A DNA stretch of 64,000 bases from Tagaea sp. (GTDB taxonomy: Bacteria; Pseudomonadota; Alphaproteobacteria; CACIAM-22H2), in the NCBI GenBank assembly GCA_044224405.1, contig JBGAKN010000003.1, positions 213,658 to 277,657 of the forward strand, written 5' to 3'. Of this stretch, positions 20,712 through 30,957 are shown piece after piece. The notes beneath the pieces are model-generated. The model saw only the letters and a list, made by a program, of their open reading frames with translations. It had not been told where the DNA came from and searched no databases. A program made the position numbers and the translations under genes. Each line of letters opens with the position of its first letter. The stretch's first letter is position 1.

Positions 20712-21120
20712 GCGCGCGCGTCTCGATCCGCTTTTCGGCGGAAAGGAACTTGTGGACCGGGCAATGCTCGGCGATTGCGACAAGCCTCTGGCGCTGCTCC
20801 TCATCCAGATCGCCTTCGAGAGCGAGCTCGCGCACAATCCGGTCGATCTTTCCCTTTCCGTCCGGTCCGTCGATCTTGTCCATCTGAAGTCGGACCGCGA
20901 CGCGCGTCAGCTTCCAGCCCTTGCGATCGGCGTACATGCGCACCGTCATGCTGGTGCAGGCGCCCAGTCCCGAAAGGATGTATTCGAAGGGCTGCGGTCC
21001 ACGCCCGCCGCCGCCGTCGGCGGCCGGTTCGTCCGCAACAAGGCGGTGCGACCCGACTTCGACACTGTTTTCGTATTTGGGGCCCGTTTCGCGCACCCAG
21101 ACTGGTTCCGGTCCCGACAT
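20695..21120 (-). CDS. OsmC family protein (YhfA-like)
   Basis: ADEPAADGG, GLGACTSMTVRMYA, AEHCPVH. Confidence 0.88.
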   Translation of the reverse strand: MSGPEPVWVRETGPKYENSVEVGSHRLVADEPAADGGGGRGPQPFEYILSGLGACTSMTVRMYADRKGWKLTRVAVRLQMDKIDGPDGKGKIDRIVRELALEGDLDEEQRQRLVAIAEHCPVHKFLSAEKRIETRALTSRS

Positions 21121-21244
21121 GTCGTCCTCTCTCGAAATGGAAGTGGAAAGATTGTCGCCGGTGTTCGAGCGTCACGCAAATGCGCTTTCACCAGTCCGCA
21201 TGCCGCGATATGCCTTGCCGGTCGCGAGCCGGAGGCCGAAGCAT

Positions 21245-21856
21245 ATGACGAATGTCGACGTCGAAATCCATTCCAGGCAGCGATGCTACGACGGCTTTCT
21301 AAAGATCGACGAGTACCGGCTGCGTCACAGGCTGTTCGCCGGTGGCTGGAGTCCGGTCATCGCGCGCGAAATGATGGAGCGTGGCCACGCTGTCTGCGCC
21401 GCTCTATATGACCCCATTCGCGAAATGGTCGTTCTGATCGAGCAGTTCCGCATCGGCGCCTATGCGGCGGGTTCGCCGGCCTGGATGATCGAATGCGTCG
21501 CAGGCATGATCGCGCAGGGCGAAGACCCGGTCGACGTCGTGCGCCGGGAAATCATGGAGGAAACGGGACTTACGGCATCGAACATCGTGCCGGCGGGCCG
21601 GGCGTTCGCTTCGCCCGGCGGGACGAGCGAGATCGTCGAGATGTTCGTCGCGCAAGTCGATTCCTCGAAAGCGGGTGGCATCCACGGGCTGGCGCATGAA
21701 GGCGAGGATATCCGGGTTCTCGTCGAACCGTTCGACGACGCGCTTGCCGCATTCTTCGATGGCAGACGCATCGCCAATTCATTTACCCTGATGACCCTGC
21801 AGTGGCTGGCCCTCAACCAGGTGCGGCTCCGGGAAAGATGGGAGATCGGGAAGTGA
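21245..21856 (+). CDS. nudF: NUDIX hydrolase, ADP-ribose pyrophosphatase type
   Basis: GHAVCAALYDP, EQFRIGA, NUDIX box AGMI..GE....VRREIMEETG, EGEDI. Confidence 0.8.
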   Translation: MTNVDVEIHSRQRCYDGFLKIDEYRLRHRLFAGGWSPVIAREMMERGHAVCAALYDPIREMVVLIEQFRIGAYAAGSPAWMIECVAGMIAQGEDPVDVVRREIMEETGLTASNIVPAGRAFASPGGTSEIVEMFVAQVDSSKAGGIHGLAHEGEDIRVLVEPFDDALAAFFDGRRIANSFTLMTLQWLALNQVRLRERWEIGK

Positions 21857-22905
21857 GCGATATTCGGGACGGGTTCGTCGGCACCATCGGCAACACGCCG
21901 CTCATCCGCCTGAAAAAGGCGAGCGCCGCGACGGGTTGCGAAATTCTCGGCAAGGCCGAGTTCCTGAATCCCGGCGGATCGGTCAAGGATCGCGCCGCGC
22001 TCCAGATGATCCTCGACGCGGAGGAGAAGGGCCTCCTCAAGCCGGGCGGCACGATCGTCGAAGGGACGGCCGGCAATACCGGAATCGGTCTGGCGCTGGT
22101 CGGCAACGCGCGCGGCTATCGCAGCGTCATCGTCATGCCCGAAACGCAGAGTCAGGAGAAGAAGGACTTCCTGCGCCTTATCGGTGCCGAGCTGCGGCTT
22201 GTTCCGGCCGTGCCGTATGCGAACCCGAACAACTACGTCAAAATCTCGGGCAGACTGGCCGCTGAGATCGGCCGCACGCAACCCGGCGGCGCGATCTGGG
22301 CCAACCAGTTCGACAATATCGCCAATCGCGAGGCCCATATCCGCACGACCGGACCAGAGATTTTCCGGCAGACCGACGGAAAGGTGGACGGCTTCATCTG
22401 CGCAGTCGGCTCGGGGGGAACGCTCGCCGGTACGGCGGCGGCCCTTCGTCAGCTCAAGCCCGACGTCAAGATCGGCCTCGCCGATCCGCACGGCGCCGCT
22501 CTCCACAGCTATTTCACGACGGGCACGCTGAAATCGGAGGGTAGCTCGATCACCGAAGGCATCGGCCAGGGCCGGATCACGAAAAATCTCGAAGGCCTCA
22601 AGGTCGATCATGCTTTCCGGATCCCCGATGCGGAAGCGGTCCAGATCGTGTTCGACCTGCTCATCGAAGAAGGCTTGTTCGTCGGTGCATCGACGGGAAT
22701 CAATGTCGCCGGGGCCATGGCGCTGGCCCGCACGCTCGGGCCCGGACACACGATCGTGACGATCCTCTGCGACGGCGGTGCACGTTATGCATCGAAGCTC
22801 TTCGATCCGGCATTCCTGCGCAGCAAGAACCTGCCGGTGCCCGCATGGCTCGACAAGCCGACGGTCAATCAGATCCCGACACCTTTCGAGAAGGTTGCGA
22901 CATGA
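21853..22905 (+). CDS. cysK: cysteine synthase family PLP enzyme
   Basis: IGNTPL, NPGGSVKDRAA, EGTAGNTGIG, GSGGT, EGIG; GTG overlaps nudF stop. Confidence 0.9.
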   Translation: MSDIRDGFVGTIGNTPLIRLKKASAATGCEILGKAEFLNPGGSVKDRAALQMILDAEEKGLLKPGGTIVEGTAGNTGIGLALVGNARGYRSVIVMPETQSQEKKDFLRLIGAELRLVPAVPYANPNNYVKISGRLAAEIGRTQPGGAIWANQFDNIANREAHIRTTGPEIFRQTDGKVDGFICAVGSGGTLAGTAAALRQLKPDVKIGLADPHGAALHSYFTTGTLKSEGSSITEGIGQGRITKNLEGLKVDHAFRIPDAEAVQIVFDLLIEEGLFVGASTGINVAGAMALARTLGPGHTIVTILCDGGARYASKLFDPAFLRSKNLPVPAWLDKPTVNQIPTPFEKVAT

Positions 22906-23747
22906 GCGTCCCTGCCCTCGTCTCCACCGAATGGCTCGCAGCGCGTCTCGGCGACGCGGATGTCCGCGTGCTCGACGGCTCGTTTCACCTGCCCGCCGCA
23001 AAGCGGGATGCGGCGGCCGAGTTCGCCGCCTCCCATATACCGAGTGCATCGTTTTTCGATATCGAAGCGGTCAGCGACCATTCGAACGCGCTGCCGCACA
23101 TGCTTCCGTCGCCCGAGTCCTTCGGCGAGGCCGTCGGCTCCATGGGCATCGACAACCAGACGCACGTCGTCGTCTACGATGCCTATGGGCTAATGAGCGC
23201 CGCGCGTGTCTGGTGGATGTTCCGGGTCTTCGGGCACGACAATGTTTCGGTTCTGGACGGCGGATTCCCGAAATGGACGAAAGAATCACGGCCGACGCAG
23301 AGCGGAACGCCAAGCGTGAGCGCGCGAAAATTCAAGGCTGCGTTCCGGCCGGAGCTCGTCCGCTCGAAGGCCGAAATCGTTTCAAATCTGCCGGTACAGT
23401 CGATTCAGGTCGTCGATGCGCGTGCTGCCGCGCGTTTCGCGGGAACAGCACCCGAACCGCGCGCCGGCCTGCGAAGCGGCCACATTCCAGGCTCGAAGAA
23501 CCTTCCCTATACGCAGCTGCTCGATCCGGCGACCGGAACGGTCCTTCCGCCGCTGGAACTTGCAAAGCAGTTCGCCGCGGCCGGGGTCGACGCCAGCAAG
23601 CCGATCGTGGCCAGCTGCGGTTCCGGTGTCACGGCATGCGTGCTGGCCCTCGGCCTCCATGTTCTGGGGACGACGGGTGTCGCGATCTATGACGGCTCGT
23701 GGTCCGAATGGGGTCTTGCCGACGGCCCGCCGGTCGAGGCCGGCTGA
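22902..23747 (+). CDS. sseA: 3-mercaptopyruvate sulfurtransferase
   Basis: Double rhodanese: HIPSA, DGGFPKW, RSGHIPGS, SCGSGVTAC, YDGSWSEW. Confidence 0.92.
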   Translation: MSVPALVSTEWLAARLGDADVRVLDGSFHLPAAKRDAAAEFAASHIPSASFFDIEAVSDHSNALPHMLPSPESFGEAVGSMGIDNQTHVVVYDAYGLMSAARVWWMFRVFGHDNVSVLDGGFPKWTKESRPTQSGTPSVSARKFKAAFRPELVRSKAEIVSNLPVQSIQVVDARAAARFAGTAPEPRAGLRSGHIPGSKNLPYTQLLDPATGTVLPPLELAKQFAAAGVDASKPIVASCGSGVTACVLALGLHVLGTTGVAIYDGSWSEWGLADGPPVEAG

Positions 23748-23751
23748 AACG

Positions 23752-23789
23752 AAAATCGCCGGTGCGGGATCACCGCACCGGCGATCTTT
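23752..23789. terminator. bidirectional intrinsic terminator
   Basis: AAAATCGCCGGTGCGG-GATCA-CCGCACCGGCGATCTTT between convergent sseA and aapP. Confidence 0.75.
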
Positions 23790-23798
23790 CATACGCGA

Positions 23799-24566
23799 TC
23801 AGTGATTGAGGATCTGCGACAGGAAGAGCTTGGTGCGCTCGTTCTGCGGATTGGAGAAGAACGCTTCCGGCTCGTTGGCCTCGACGATCTCGCCCTTGTC
23901 CATGAACACGACCTTGTCGGCGACGGCTTTGGCGAAGCCCATCTCGTGCGTCACGCAGATCATTGTCATGCCTTCGCGCGCCAGCGAAACCATCGTGTCG
24001 AGCACTTCCTTGACCATTTCCGGATCGAGCGCCGATGTCGGCTCGTCGAACAGCATGATCTTGGGCTTCATGCAGAGCGAGCGGGCGATCGCCACGCGCT
24101 GCTGCTGACCGCCCGATAGCTGGCCCGGATACTTGTTTGCCTGTTCCGGAATGCGCACGCGGTTGAGGAAGTGCATCGCCGTTTCTTCGGCTTCCTTTTT
24201 CGGCACCTTGCGCACCCAGATCGGCGCCAGTGTCAGGTTCTCCAGCACGGTCAGATGCGGGAACAGGTTGAAATGCTGGAACACCATGCCGACTTCCCGT
24301 CGGATCGCTTCGATGTTCTTGATGTCGTTCGTCAGCTCGATGCCGTCGACGATCAGCTGGCCCTTCTGGTGCTCTTCGAGGCGGTTGATGCAGCGGATCA
24401 TCGTCGACTTGCCGGACCCCGACGGGCCGCAGACGACGATCTTCTGGCCGCGCCGGCACTCGAAGTCGATGTTCTTGAGAACGTGGAACTCGCCATACCA
24501 TTTGTTCAGCTGCAGAAGCTGGATCATCGGCGGTTCGGCGGATTGGGCGGCCTTGGCTGCGGTCAT
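23799..24566 (-). CDS. aapP: amino acid ABC transporter ATP-binding protein
   Basis: [34 protein letters not shown]. Confidence 0.9.
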   Translation of the reverse strand: MTAAKAAQSAEPPMIQLLQLNKWYGEFHVLKNIDFECRRGQKIVVCGPSGSGKSTMIRCINRLEEHQKGQLIVDGIELTNDIKNIEAIRREVGMVFQHFNLFPHLTVLENLTLAPIWVRKVPKKEAEETAMHFLNRVRIPEQANKYPGQLSGGQQQRVAIARSLCMKPKIMLFDEPTSALDPEMVKEVLDTMVSLAREGMTMICVTHEMGFAKAVADKVVFMDKGEIVEANEPEAFFSNPQNERTKLFLSQILNH

Positions 24567-24600
24567 TGTGGTCGTGCTCCGTGTCTGCGAATGCCGTTGA

Positions 24601-25701
24601 TCAGCGGTTCCTGCTGCGGTTCAACTCGTTCTCGATTTTCTGGCTGTACTTCGACATCGCGAAGCAGAAGACGAAATAGATCAGCGAGACGCCGAAATAG
24701 ACGTCCGGGCCAAATCCGCGCCACGCGGGATCGGCAACGGCCGTCTTCGCCGCGTTCAGGATGTCGAGCAGGCCGATGATGAGGACCAGCGAGGTATCCT
24801 TGAAGAGACCGATGAAGGTATTGACCATCGGCGGGATGACCATGCGCAGGGCCTGCGGCAGGACGATCATGTTCGTCGCCTGCCAATACGAAAGCCCGAG
24901 CGCGTCGGCGGCCTCGTATTGGCCCTTGGGCAGCGCCTGGAGCCCGCCGCGCACGACCTCTGCCAGATACGCGCCGGCAAATCCGATGATGGCGATCTGC
25001 GCGCGCAGCAGCTTGTCGATCGTGATGCCCTCCGGCAGGAACAGCGGGAACATGACCGACGCCATGAACAGCAGGCTGATCAGCGGAACGCCGCGAATCA
25101 GTTCGATGTAGACGACGCAGAGCGACTTGATCGCCGGCATGTGCGAACGCCGCCCGAGCGCCAGCAGGATCGCCAGCGGAAACGCGAGCGCGATGCCGAA
25201 CGTCGACAGGATCAGTGTCAGGACAAGGCCGCCCCAGCGCTCCTGCGGCACGAAACTAAGGCCGATCCCGCCCCACATCAGGTAGGCGATACTGGCAAGT
25301 CCCACGCCCCAGACCATCGGCAGGCGACTGTTCCAGTTGGAGCGCATCGCGCTATAGCCGTAAAGCCCGAAGAAAATGACGCAGGACAGCGCCGGGCGCC
25401 ACTGCTCGTCATACGGGTAGGTCGCGAAGAGGATGAAACGCCATTTCTCCGGGAACACGGCCCAGCAGGCGCCGATGCCTTTTGCCGCACGGCATTCGGT
25501 CGCCGGGCCGTACCACACGGCATTGAACACGCCCCACCCCAGGAACCAGATGAGCACCTTGCCAACCAGATAGAACAGCACGAGCGTGAGTGCCGTGCTC
25601 CACCAGTTCGCGAAGAGGTTCGCGCGTATCCACTGCGCCGCCTTGGATTCGAACAAGCCCCCCGAAGGGCCGCCGATTGCCGCCGTGTGACCGTTCGCCA
25701 T
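24601..25701 (-). CDS. aapM: amino acid ABC transporter permease
   Basis: [35 protein letters not shown]. Confidence 0.88.
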   Translation of the reverse strand: MANGHTAAIGGPSGGLFESKAAQWIRANLFANWWSTALTLVLFYLVGKVLIWFLGWGVFNAVWYGPATECRAAKGIGACWAVFPEKWRFILFATYPYDEQWRPALSCVIFFGLYGYSAMRSNWNSRLPMVWGVGLASIAYLMWGGIGLSFVPQERWGGLVLTLILSTFGIALAFPLAILLALGRRSHMPAIKSLCVVYIELIRGVPLISLLFMASVMFPLFLPEGITIDKLLRAQIAIIGFAGAYLAEVVRGGLQALPKGQYEAADALGLSYWQATNMIVLPQALRMVIPPMVNTFIGLFKDTSLVLIIGLLDILNAAKTAVADPAWRGFGPDVYFGVSLIYFVFCFAMSKYSQKIENELNRSRNR

Positions 25702-25704
25702 CTC

Positions 25705-26904
25705 TCAACGCTCCTTGAAGGCGATACGCTTGTTGTACCAGTTCATGAATACCGAGATCGAAAGACTGACCGTCAGATACGCGCCCATGATGATCGAGAT
25801 GCCCTCGATCGCCTGTCCCGTCTGGTTCAGAGTCGTGTTCGCGATCGAAACCAGATCCGGGTAGCCGATCGCCACGGCGAGCGACGAGTTCTTCGTTAGA
25901 TTCAGGAACTGGCTGGTCATCGGCGGGATGATCACGCGCAGCGCCTGCGGCAGGATCACCAGTTGGAGCATCGGCCCCTTGCGGATGCCTAGTGCCGACG
26001 CGGCTTCGGTCTGGCCGTGCGGGACGGCAAGGATGCCGGCGCGCACGATCTCGGCAATGAAGCCGGCAGTGTAGGTGATGAGGCCGACGAGCAGCGCCGC
26101 GAACTCCGGCGTCATCGTGAGGCCGCCCTGGAAGTTGAAGCCACGTAGCGTGGGCATGTCCATCGCGATCGGTGCGCCGCCGACAAGCCACACGACAAAC
26201 GGAAGCCCGAGGACCAGACCAACCGTGGCGCCGAACACGGGGAACTGCTGGCCGGTCGCGGCCTGGCGGGCAGACGCCCATCGCTTCATGAAATAGCTGG
26301 CGACGATTCCGATCAGGCACGCGACGCCCATCCAGGCGTGGATCCAGTGCTCGGCCGGAATAGGCATCTTGATGCCGCGGTTCGACAGGTAGACGCCCGG
26401 GATCGGCTGGAGCGCGTCGCGCGGCCCGGGGAAGGCGTCCTGGAACATCGCCCACCAGAAGAACAGCTGCACGAGCAGCGGCAGGTTCCGCATGAATTCG
26501 ACATAGACGGAGCAGGTCTTGGCGACGAGCCAGTTCTTCGACAGGCGGCCGATACCGATCAGCGTGCCCAGAATCGTCGCGAAAATGACACCGAAGAACG
26601 CGACACGCAGCGTATTGAGGATGCCCACCCAAAGCGCGCGGCCGTAGGTATGTTCGGGCTCGAACGGAATGACGGACTCGCCGATGGCGAACCCGGCCTC
26701 GCGCGAAAGGAAGTTCCATCCGGTCGCGATCGCCCGGACTTCAAGATTGCGCAGCGTGTTGGAAATCAGCCACCAGACGATAAGTCCGAAGACGCCGACG
26801 ACAACGACCTGCCAGAAGATCGCCCGGAACGTCGGATCGTTCAGCGACAGCCGCATCGCGCCGCCGCTCGGACGCCCGCCGGAGCCTGCCGAGATTCCGG
26901 CCAT
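25705..26904 (-). CDS. aapQ: amino acid ABC transporter permease
   Basis: GILNTL, RNLPLLVQLFFW, AEIVRAGI, KNSSLAVAIGYPDL. Confidence 0.88.
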   Translation of the reverse strand: MAGISAGSGGRPSGGAMRLSLNDPTFRAIFWQVVVVGVFGLIVWWLISNTLRNLEVRAIATGWNFLSREAGFAIGESVIPFEPEHTYGRALWVGILNTLRVAFFGVIFATILGTLIGIGRLSKNWLVAKTCSVYVEFMRNLPLLVQLFFWWAMFQDAFPGPRDALQPIPGVYLSNRGIKMPIPAEHWIHAWMGVACLIGIVASYFMKRWASARQAATGQQFPVFGATVGLVLGLPFVVWLVGGAPIAMDMPTLRGFNFQGGLTMTPEFAALLVGLITYTAGFIAEIVRAGILAVPHGQTEAASALGIRKGPMLQLVILPQALRVIIPPMTSQFLNLTKNSSLAVAIGYPDLVSIANTTLNQTGQAIEGISIIMGAYLTVSLSISVFMNWYNKRIAFKER

Positions 26905-27048
26905 CGCTCCACCCCTCCACTCGCTGTTTGCGCCGGTTGGCGCGATTTGTCTGGTCGAACCTGCGGCTTGTTCCGCCGCATGGGTAGTCTTTCAAGAACC
27001 GGGCCAGCACCGCCGCCGGACAAGCCGGCGGCGGCACCGGAACCGGCT

Positions 27049-28077
27049 TTAGCGGATCGGCGGGTTGTACATCAGGCCGCCCTGGGTCCACAGGCGGTTG
27101 ACGCCACGCTCGATGCCGAGCGGAACGATGTTCCGCTGGTAGCTTTCGCCGTAGTTACCGACCTGCTTGACGATGTTGTACGCCCACTTGTTGTCGAGGC
27201 CCATCATCGCGCCCATGCCGCCCGTGGCGCCGACAAAGCGCTGGATGGACGGGTTGGTCGAATTGAGCTGCGAGTCGATGTTCGCCGACGTAAGGCCGAG
27301 TTCCTCTGCGTCGAGCATCGCGTAGTGCGTCCAGCGCACGACGTCGGCCCAGCGCGCGTCACCCTTGCGGACGGACGGGCCGAGAGGCTCCTTCGAGATG
27401 ACTTCCGGCAGGATCACGTGATCGGCCGGAACGGGCACGTTGGCCGAGCGGATCGAGGCGAGTCCCGACACGTCGGTCGTGAACGAGTCGCAACGGCCGG
27501 CGAGGTAGGCCGCGATGTTCTCTTCCAGGCGCTCGATGACGACCGGCGTGAACTTTATGTTGTTGGCGCGGAAATAGTCGGCGAGGTTGAGTTCGGTCGT
27601 CGTGCCGGGCTGGACGCAGATCGTCGCACCATTGAGTTCCTTGGCCGACTTGATGTTCGCCGACTTCTTCACGATGAAGCCTTGGCCGTCATAGAAGTTG
27701 ACGCCCGTGAACGTCAGGCCGAGCGAGACGTCGCGCGACAAGGTCCAAGTCGTGTTGCGGACGAGGAGGTCGACTTCGCCGGACTGGACGGCCGTGAAGC
27801 GCTGCTGCGCGGTCAGCGCGGTATATCGGACCTTCGTGGCGTCGCCGAGGACGGCAGCCGCGACGGCGCGGCAGATATCGACGTCGAGACCGGCCCACTC
27901 GCCGCGCGCGTTCGGCAGGCCGAACCCGGCGACCGAGCCGTTTGCACCGCACTGGACAAATCCGCGTGCCTTGATCGCATCAATCGTCGGCGATGGCGCG
28001 ATCTGCTGCGCCTGCGCCGGAACGGCGAGGGCGATCGCGGTGAATGCCGTCGCAAGAACGGTAGCCATGGTTTTCAT
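27049..28077 (-). CDS. aapJ: general L-amino acid ABC transporter substrate-binding protein
   Basis: GLDVDICRAVAAA, RNTTWTLSRD, FYDGQGF, ISKEPLGP, GNYGE, GGLMYNPP. Confidence 0.92.
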   Translation of the reverse strand: MKTMATVLATAFTAIALAVPAQAQQIAPSPTIDAIKARGFVQCGANGSVAGFGLPNARGEWAGLDVDICRAVAAAVLGDATKVRYTALTAQQRFTAVQSGEVDLLVRNTTWTLSRDVSLGLTFTGVNFYDGQGFIVKKSANIKSAKELNGATICVQPGTTTELNLADYFRANNIKFTPVVIERLEENIAAYLAGRCDSFTTDVSGLASIRSANVPVPADHVILPEVISKEPLGPSVRKGDARWADVVRWTHYAMLDAEELGLTSANIDSQLNSTNPSIQRFVGATGGMGAMMGLDNKWAYNIVKQVGNYGESYQRNIVPLGIERGVNRLWTQGGLMYNPPIR

Positions 28078-28294
28078 GAATTCGTACTCCCTGTCCGGAT
28101 CGGATAATTCCTGGGGGCGTTCCCGGCGGTTAACGGCCCGTTTTCAAGCCTTTTCGCCGGAACAAGTAGGCGACGCTAACACGGTCGGCAAATCGGTCTC
28201 AATCGGTTTGTATCGATACGCCGGGAAGTTGGTCGAGTTCCCCGCCCGGGGTTATAGTCGCCCGTTTTCCTCGAAATACAGGCAGTTCCCGGAC

Positions 28295-29479
28295 ATGAAA
28301 ACCGATACAAAGGTCACCACGCTCGGCCGCGATCCCGAGGCGAATTTCGGTGTCGTTAATCCGCCCGTCTATCACGCGTCGACGATCCTTTTTCCGACGC
28401 TCGATGCGCTCGAAGCGGTCCAGAAGACGAAGCACAAGGGCCAGATGCGCTACGGGCGCTATGGCACGCCGACGACATTCGCGCTGCAGGATGCGGTTGC
28501 GGAACTGGAAGGCGGCTATGCCACCTTTGCCGTCGGATCGGGGGCTGCGGCGATCGTCGCGACCCTGATGGCCTACACCAAGTCAGGCGATCATGTCCTG
28601 TGCGTCGACACCGCCTACGCGCCGACGCGGCGCTATCTCGATGTCGTTCTCAAGCGCTACGGCGTCGAGACGACTTACTTCGATCCGGGCATCGGCGCCG
28701 GCATCGCCGCGCTCATCAAGCCGAACACGACGCTCTGCATGATGGAGAGCCCCGGCTCGCTGACGTTCGAGGTCCTCGACGCGCCGGCGATCGTCGCCGC
28801 ATGCAAGGCCAAGGGCGTGGCGACTGCCCTCGACAATACTTGGGCAACGCCGCTGTACTACCGGCCACTCGACCTCGGCATCGACGTCTCCGTCATGGCC
28901 GGCACGAAGTATGTCGGCGGGCATTCCGACATCATGATGGGCCTCGTCACGGTTCGCGATGAAGCGACCTACAAGACCGTGCGGGCGGCGGTCGATGAAC
29001 TCGGTGCCTGCACAGGTCCTGACGACCAGTATCTGGCGCTGCGCGGGCTGCGCACGCTCGGCGTGCGGATGCCGCGCCACTTCGAGACCGGCGTCACGCT
29101 CGCCAAATGGCTGCAGCAGCAGCCGGAGGTGTCCCGCGTCCTGCACCCTGCCCTGCCCGATCACCCGAGCCACGCGATCTGGAAGCGCGACTTCAAGGGC
29201 GCATCGGGCCTGTTCAGCTTCGTGCTGAAGCCGATCCCGCGCGCAGCACTTGCGGCGATGGTCGACGATCTCGAACTGTACGGCATGGGGTTCTCGTGGG
29301 GTGGTTTCGAAAGCCTGATGGTGCCCTCCGACGTCCGGGCGATCCGCACGGCCAATCCGTGGACGGACCCAGGGCAGCTCGTGCGCGTGCATGCGGGCCT
29401 CGAGGCGCCGGAGGACCTGATCGCCGATCTCGACCGCGGCTTCCAGCGCCTGCGCAAGGTCGTGCGCGAAAAGGCATAG
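28295..29479 (+). CDS. metC: cystathionine beta-lyase
   Basis: NPPVYHASTI, YGRYGTPT, DNTWATP, TKYVGGHSD, FSWGGFES; divergent from aapJ as in rhizobia. Confidence 0.92.
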   Translation: MKTDTKVTTLGRDPEANFGVVNPPVYHASTILFPTLDALEAVQKTKHKGQMRYGRYGTPTTFALQDAVAELEGGYATFAVGSGAAAIVATLMAYTKSGDHVLCVDTAYAPTRRYLDVVLKRYGVETTYFDPGIGAGIAALIKPNTTLCMMESPGSLTFEVLDAPAIVAACKAKGVATALDNTWATPLYYRPLDLGIDVSVMAGTKYVGGHSDIMMGLVTVRDEATYKTVRAAVDELGACTGPDDQYLALRGLRTLGVRMPRHFETGVTLAKWLQQQPEVSRVLHPALPDHPSHAIWKRDFKGASGLFSFVLKPIPRAALAAMVDDLELYGMGFSWGGFESLMVPSDVRAIRTANPWTDPGQLVRVHAGLEAPEDLIADLDRGFQRLRKVVREKA

Positions 29480-29482
29480 CGG

Positions 29483-29875
29483 ATGGAGAGCTACGACGAG
29501 GCCATTGGCGAGATCGCGTTCGACGCGCAAGGGCTCGTCGTCGCGATCGCGCAGCAGCACGATAGCGGCGAAGTGCTGATGGTCGCCTGGATGAACCGCG
29601 ACGCCGTGCGCGAGACGCTGCGTACGGGCAATGTCTGCTACTGGTCGCGTTCGCGCATGAAGCTCTGGCGCAAGGGCGAGAGCTCCGGCCAGACGCAGCG
29701 TCTTGTGGAGTTGCGCGTCGATTGCGACGGTGATGCGCTCCTGCTTCGGGTCGATCAGGCCGGCGTCGCGTGTCATACGGGTCGGCGCGACTGTTTCTTT
29801 CGCGTCGTGCGCGACGGCCGGCTCGCAATCGACAGGCCGGTGCTCGTCGATCCGGAAAAGCTCTATGGCGGCTGA
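29483..29875 (+). CDS. hisI: phosphoribosyl-AMP cyclohydrolase
   Basis: LMVAWMN, YWSRSR..LWRKGESSG, DCDGD, ACHTGRRDCF. Confidence 0.93.
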   Translation: MESYDEAIGEIAFDAQGLVVAIAQQHDSGEVLMVAWMNRDAVRETLRTGNVCYWSRSRMKLWRKGESSGQTQRLVELRVDCDGDALLLRVDQAGVACHTGRRDCFFRVVRDGRLAIDRPVLVDPEKLYGG

Positions 29876-30251
29876 CCGTCCGGAACGTGCCGGCGGTCCC
29901 CGCCTGCGCATCCTGCTCGGCGAGGCGGTCGCGCTGGGGCCGGGCAAGGCCGCATTGCTTGCGGAGATCGGGAAGTCCGGCTCCATTTCCCAGGCGGCGC
30001 GCACGATGGGGATGAGTTATCGGCGCGCCTGGACCCTCGTCGCCGAGATGAATCGGGCCTTTCGGGCGCCGCTTGTGACGAGCGAAGCCGGTGGCCGGCG
30101 CGGCGGTGGCGCTGTCGTCACTGATTTGGGCAAGGATGCGCTGGCGCGCTACATACGCATGGAATCGCGTGCCAAGCGGGCGCTGGCGGTTGATATCGCG
30201 GCGTTTTGCCGACTACTCCGGCCAGAGCCCAAACCCCGAAAGCCCATGTGA
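29865..30251 (+). CDS. ModE N-terminal-like winged-helix regulator (no Mop domain)
   Basis: LGPGKAALL, GSISQAARTMGMSYRRAW, GGRRGGGA. Confidence 0.85.
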   Translation: MAADRPERAGGPRLRILLGEAVALGPGKAALLAEIGKSGSISQAARTMGMSYRRAWTLVAEMNRAFRAPLVTSEAGGRRGGGAVVTDLGKDALARYIRMESRAKRALAVDIAAFCRLLRPEPKPRKPM

Positions 30252-30416
30252 CTTGAGTATAATATGTTGAAAAATATAGAATATATCTAATTTTAGCAAA
30301 TCTTTACCTCATGCCGCCGATCCCATTGCGCTTAGCAAATTCCAGCATTATATTGTGATGTAACTACGGATCGGTCGAAGACCATCCGAAAATGGCTGTC
30401 AGAAGGACTGTCGCAA

Positions 30417-30842
30417 ATGGTGGCTTTGCCGCCGATCTCAGCTGCACCGACCCCGCCGGGCTATGCCCGGCCGGTCGCGATTGCGCAGCCAACGCCGGCA
30501 GTCGATGCTGGACGTGGCGCGGCTGTGACGATTGGCGGCGGTGCGGCTTCTTCTGCGATTGCGAATAAGGCCCGCCAATCCCTCGTCGAGGCTTCCAAGA
30601 ACCTTGCTCCGGCAGCTAGCCAGCCGGCGACCGAGTCCGGTGACCAGCCGCGCGTTCAACTTCCGACGCCGCCTTTCTCTCAGAGTGTGGGGCTCTATTC
30701 GGGTTCCACGCGCGTCTATGTCGATATCGTCCAGTCCGGCGAGGATGGCCGGCGTATCGCGCGCGTTTTCGGTACGCCGCCGGCTCCGGCGTCGGGCCGC
30801 AACGATGCAGCAGCGCGCGCACCGGTAAATTTCGTCGCCTGA
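30417..30842 (+). CDS. hypothetical protein, Pro/Ala-rich, weak FlaG-like C-terminus
   Basis: Open frame after AGAAGGA RBS; family assignment tentative. Confidence 0.55.
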   Translation: MVALPPISAAPTPPGYARPVAIAQPTPAVDAGRGAAVTIGGGAASSAIANKARQSLVEASKNLAPAASQPATESGDQPRVQLPTPPFSQSVGLYSGSTRVYVDIVQSGEDGRRIARVFGTPPAPASGRNDAAARAPVNFVA

Positions 30843-30957
30843 GGGCGGCCGTGCGGCTCCGGCCGCGCAATCCACAGACACGCTTTCCAGACGAGACACG
30901 GGTGCCCGAAATCGTTTAGGTTTCGCACCGGTTGATCATAATGCGGCGCACAACGTG

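Noticed and set aside
27005-27045. GC-rich hairpin between aapJ and aapQ as a terminator or REP element
   Set aside because: No U-tract and no further copies seen; most likely an ordinary intercistronic stabilising stem
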